From Cetorhinus maximus (taxonomy: Eukaryota), in NCBI RefSeq assembly GCF_964194155.1, contig NC_135893.1, positions 82,646,001-82,710,000 on the forward strand: a stretch of 64,000 bases of DNA. Reading direction: 5' to 3'. The notes below the pieces were generated by a model that worked only from the letters and a program-made list of their open reading frames with translations, searched no databases and had not been told where the DNA came from. The position numbers were made by a program, and so were the translations under genes. How positions within the stretch are numbered: the stretch's first letter is position 1; each line of letters begins with the position of its first letter. This document shows positions 59,701-64,000 of the stretch, piece after piece.

Positions 59701-61360
59701 GCCTTCAAAGAGTGTGGTGAATTCCTTCCTAAATTCATTATCTTGTATTTTTGCGTTGACTTCACCAACTTTTATAAGCAGGTTCAGAGCTCTGCAGACT
59801 TTTCAGCTCAACAGAGAGCATTCTTGAAAACATACAATGTTTCAGAAATTTCTCTGCCTTCGTATTTTAGTGTTGTATCTATCTGGCCTTGAACATTTAA
59901 CTTGACCCCTCTGGACCTTGGAGTTGAGTAGAAGATGGTTGCAGTGTCACTTTATTCAGCCATGAAACTCTTTCAGATAACACTGAGACACCAGCTCCTG
60001 TGTCTAGCTTGAATTTGGCCAAGATGCCCATTTACATCAATGTCAGCACATTGCTTTCCTGCTTCCTGGTTGTCTAGGTCTTGAATTTTTTGAATGGTGG
60101 TTCCTTTAACAGATTTCTCTTTCTGCCTGGTAAATACAGATTTCCTGGAACACGAGACCTCTTTAAAATGGTCTAACGTGCCACACCCATGGCACTGCAC
60201 GATTCGGGCAAGGCATTCTTCCTGCCTGTGGACCTTCCTACCACCACAGCGGGGACTTGGAAAATGGTGGTTGGCGCCTTTTCAGGGTATTTCTCTTATT
60301 GTTACTTTGCTATACTTATGGTTTTACTACCCACAAATTGAACAACTTCATTGGGCCGTTCTTGGAAAATTTCCCTCTCACCTCTGACAAAAGCCTTTCT
60401 GCCTCCGCTCTTTGGCCTGTCTGGCCAGTTGTGCAGCTTTGCTTAAATTTAAATCTTCCCGATATTGTAAGAAGTCAGAGAGATTCTCCTCTAAAACATC
60501 AACGACTATTCTTTCTCTAATCAGGTCATCTCTTAGTGGTCCATACTCTCAAATTTCAGCTAGGTGGTACAATTCGTTGATGAATAAGGCAGTCCCTTCA
60601 CCCTGTTTTTGACTGTGCCGATTAAATTTCACCCTCTCTATGATAATATTTTTATAAAGACCGAAGTTTGAGTTAAAGGCTCTGCTGACATCCTCGTAGT
60701 AGGCTTCTGTCTGGCTAGCACATTGTCTGCTATGCTCCCAACAGCATATAACAAAGTGATAACTTGACCTTCGTTCTCTTTACTCGCAAGACCTGAGGCG
60801 TTGTGGTACTGGGTAAAAAATCTTCACCAATTTTCCCATTGCTCAGCCTGTCAAGGGCCCTCTCTATTTTGAAATGATTCTTGTAGGGGCAAAGTTGTAG
60901 CCATTTCTCACCCTGGCTTGAAGTTGTCTTTTCTTGTGTTGCCAGTCTCTGGGCTGCCCTTGTTATTTGGTCGTCTCCAGTGTGGTTGCTGGGTTGGCCT
61001 CGAAGTCCTTCACCCGCTGCTCTGTCTTGTTGCTGGGTTTCACTTGAGGGTTTTCCCTCTGTTTTCCACTGTTTCTCTCTGGATGCAGTCACTGCTGCCA
61101 CCACCTGTTATTGTGGGTTTGTCTCAGGATTCCTTGGTTTCTTACCCTAGAAGAGATCTTGCTGGAGGCAAGGGTGTTTCCTTCAAAATACCTTAATTAC
61201 ATCAATAACTATTTTCAAATGTTAAATAAGACCAAGACATAGCAGGAGCTGCTCTCTGAGAAGCGTCACACACATCTCCCCTCAGTGAGTGACGTCACTG
61301 TGACATAGCTGCTGAGCAACTGCGTAAGGAGCCATCATTAGTGTCGACCTTTACTATACA
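56717..61360 (-). mobile_element. Ty3/Gypsy LTR retrotransposon (Mag-like), decayed; LTRs at 56717-56965 and 61106-61360
   Basis: Direct LTR pair ((c/t)gttattgtgg...tact(c/a)taca); PPT next to the left LTR; PBS at 61090-61103. Zn-knuckle CHGCGTLDH, protease FKLDTGA, RT (FNRLPFGI, ICHMDDILIHG) and integrase (ISDNGPQF) in Gypsy order. Confidence 0.92.
61090..61103 (-). promoter_or_regulatory. Primer-binding site, probably tRNA-Leu
   Basis: TGGTGGCAGCAGTG 2 nt after the 5' LTR; one mismatch to the recalled tRNA-Leu 3' complement TGGTGGCAGCGGTG. Confidence 0.6.
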
Positions 61361-62412
61361 ATTACCATCTATTGCCCTACCTCAGCTAATGAACGAGTAC
61401 TCCTCTATGTTGAACATCACTTGAAAGAAGCACTGAGGGTAGCAAGGGAATGTACACTGGGTGGGGGACATCAATGTCCATCACCAAAAGTGGCTCAGTA
61501 GCACCACTATTGATTGAGCTGGCTGAGTCCTGAAGGACATATTTGCCAGACTGGACCTGTGGAAGGTGGTGAGAACACCAAAAAGGGTGAAAAAAACAAT
61601 TTGATCTCAGTATCACCAATCTTCCTGTTGCAGATGCAAATGTCCATGACAGTTTTGATATGAGCGATGATCGCCCAGTCCTTATGGAGATGAAGACCCA
61701 TCTACTCACTGAGGATACCGTCCATCATGTTATCTAGTACTATCATCCTGCTAAATGGGATTGATTCAGAACATACCTAGCAGCACCAAACTGGACATCC
61801 ATGAGGTGCTGTGGACCATCAGCAGCAGCCAAATTGTATTCCACTACAACCTGTAACCTCATGGCCTGGCAAATCCCTCACTCCGCCATTACCATCAAGT
61901 TAGGGGACTAACCTTGATTCAGCAAAGAGCGCAGGAGAGCATGTAAAGAAGAGTGCTAGGCATACCTAGAAATGAGATGCCAAAACGTGAAGCCACAACA
62001 CAGGACGGCAATCATGCTAAACAGTGGAAGCAGCATGTTAAAGACTGAGCTAAGTGATCCCACAAGCAACTGATCAGATCAAAGCTCTGTAGTCCTGTCT
62101 GATGGAGTCATGAATGATGGTGGACAGTTGAACTAACTGGAGGAGGAGACTCTACGTGTATCCCCAAATGCAGCTAAATGCACTGGATACAGCAAAGGCA
62201 ATGGGCCCTGACAACATCCCAGCTGTAGTACTGAAGATTGTGTTCCAGCACTAGCTGCGATTCTAACAAGCTGTTCCGGTACAGCTAAAGCACTGAACAT
62301 TGTAGAAAATTGCCCAGGTATGTCCACTCCATAAAAAGCAGGACAAATCCAATCCAGCCAATTACTGCCCCATCAGTCTACTCTGAATTATCAGCAAAGT
62401 AATGGAAGGTTT

Positions 62413-62620
62413 TGTTAATTGTATCAATTGAGGTTAAGAACATAGAGGTGGAGGGCATTGATTGGATGGTTACTTAAACTCTTATGAAGAGACAGTGACA
62501 CAGGAGTAGAGTAGAGTCAGGAGATATATACTGTAATGTTTCACTCTGTGAATAAATCTATTCTAAGTAAACACTAGCTGCGCTTTCTTACTTCATCAAC
62601 TGGCTATCTGAAATATAACA
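62413..62620 (+). mobile_element. Solo LTR (208 bp) inserted in the LINE
   Basis: Termini tgtta...taaca, internal aataaa, imperfect 4-bp TSD gttt/gtgt; LINE sequence resumes after it. Confidence 0.7.
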
Positions 62621-64000
62621 GTGTAGTTGACAGTGGTACCTCATGGCACTTGCTCAGCAATAACCTGCTCACTGATACTCAGTTTGGGTTTTGACAGGGT
62701 CACTCTGCTCCTGACCTCATTACAGCCTTGGTTCAAACTTGGACAGGGGAACTGAATTCCAGAGGAGAGTTGAGAGTGATTGTCCTTGAAATCAAAGCAG
62801 TATTCGACCATGTATGGCATCAAGGAGCCCTAGCAAAATTGAGACAATTGGGAATTGGAGGAAAACTCTCCAATAGTTAGTGTCATACCTAGCACAAAGA
62901 AAGATGGCTGTGTTTGTTGGAGGCCAGTTATCTTGGCCCTAGGACATCGCTGCAGGAGTTTATCAGTGTGGTGTCCTAAGCCCAACATTCTTCAGGTGCT
63001 CCATCAACCACTTTCTCTCCATTATAAAGTCGGATGTGAGGATACCTGCTGCTGATTGTACAGTATTCAGTGCCAATGGAAATACAGATAATGAAACAGT
63101 TTGTGCCCACATGTAGCAACATCTGGACAGCATTCAAGTTTGGGCTTATGAAATGGCAAATAACATTTGTGCCACACAAGTCAGGTAATGACCATCTCCA
63201 ACAAGCGAGAACCTAACTATCTCTCATTGATATTCAATGGCATTACCATCGCTGAATCTGTCACCATCAACAGCCTGGGAGTTATCATTGACCACAAATG
63301 TAACTGGACCAGCCATATAAATACTGTGACTACATGAGCAGGTGAGAGGTTGGGAATTCTGCATTGAGTAACTCACTTCCTGACTCCCAAAACCTGTTCA
63401 CCATCTACACGGCACATTCAGGAGTTTGATAGAATACTCTCCACTTGCCTGACTGAGTGCAGCTCCAAAAACACTGAAAAAGCTTGAAACCACCCAGGAC
63501 AAAGCATTTTGCTTGATGTTCACCCCTTCCACCTCCTTAAACACTCACTTCCTCCAGCACTAGTGCACCTTGGCATCAGTGTGTACCATTTACAAGATGC
63601 ACTGCAGCAGTTTGCCAAAACTGCTTGAACAGCAGCATCCAAACCTATGACCTACCACCTAGAAATATTAATGTTGAAATTGTGCTGCAATAGAATACAT
63701 GCTTTAAGTTTGGTAATTAAGTACAGCTCTCCCTAGTTTGGGAAGGATCAGGGAATCATTGCAATAGTACATAAACCAGTTCACTCTGGGTATGTGGGAG
63801 AGTCTGTGACTTTACTTTGTCTTGAAAAGAAACTGTTTTAAGGTACTAGCTAGCTTCTCACTTATTCTTTCTCAACATACAATTATTGGATTTAACAAGA
63901 AAAACAAGCAGATATGTGGGAACACCACAACCTGCAAGGTCCCCTCCAAGCCACATTGCATCCTGACTTGGAACTAAATTGCTGTTCCCTCACTATTGCT

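Larger units (their letters stand above)
50735..64000 (+). mobile_element. Long CR1/L2-group LINE (endonuclease plus RT, decayed) hosting later insertions; pieces at 50735-50844, 61361-62412, 62621-63665 and ~63900-64000
   Basis: ...tgtcctgctgatta joins attaccatctattgccct... followed by a VGDINVHH endonuclease motif; later RT parts match 47310-48600. Confidence 0.8.

Noticed and set aside
46852-64000. Further IFT140 exons (expected LLAAGT...)
   Set aside because: The interval is almost wholly TE-derived and no matching exon was seen

Overview
Vertebrate nuclear DNA, probably from a cartilaginous fish (shark/ray). This is inferred from the repeat landscape: DeuSINE-like SINEs, CR1/L2 LINEs, Penelope pLTR repeats and Harbinger elements. 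Three genes can be read exon by exon with GT-AG sites and consistent phases. RAB11FIP3 coding exon 1 is on the minus strand (13554-13760); no later exon was found in the window. DECR2 is complete on the minus strand (8 coding exons, 26826 to 18338, 295 aa, C-terminal PTS1 ARL). The first 7 coding exons of IFT140 are on the plus strand (29703-46851). DECR2 and IFT140 are head-to-head across a CpG-rich promoter with ZNF143-type, ETS and RFX X-box motifs. The rest is largely transposon-derived: a full-length but decayed PIF/Harbinger (38446-43427), and a nested stack of LINE, Penelope, CR1, Gypsy and a solo LTR at 47.3-64 kb. The most notable signal is a family of short Penelope-pLTR-derived insertions. 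They carry minimal hammerhead-ribozyme-like motifs, often form long fold-back palindromes and sit between 10-15 bp target-site duplications. One copy lies in the bidirectional promoter and another appears to have duplicated an IFT140 splice acceptor. Most ORFs in the supplied track are spurious or TE-derived. All identifications are by eye and from recalled family sequences; no database search was run.
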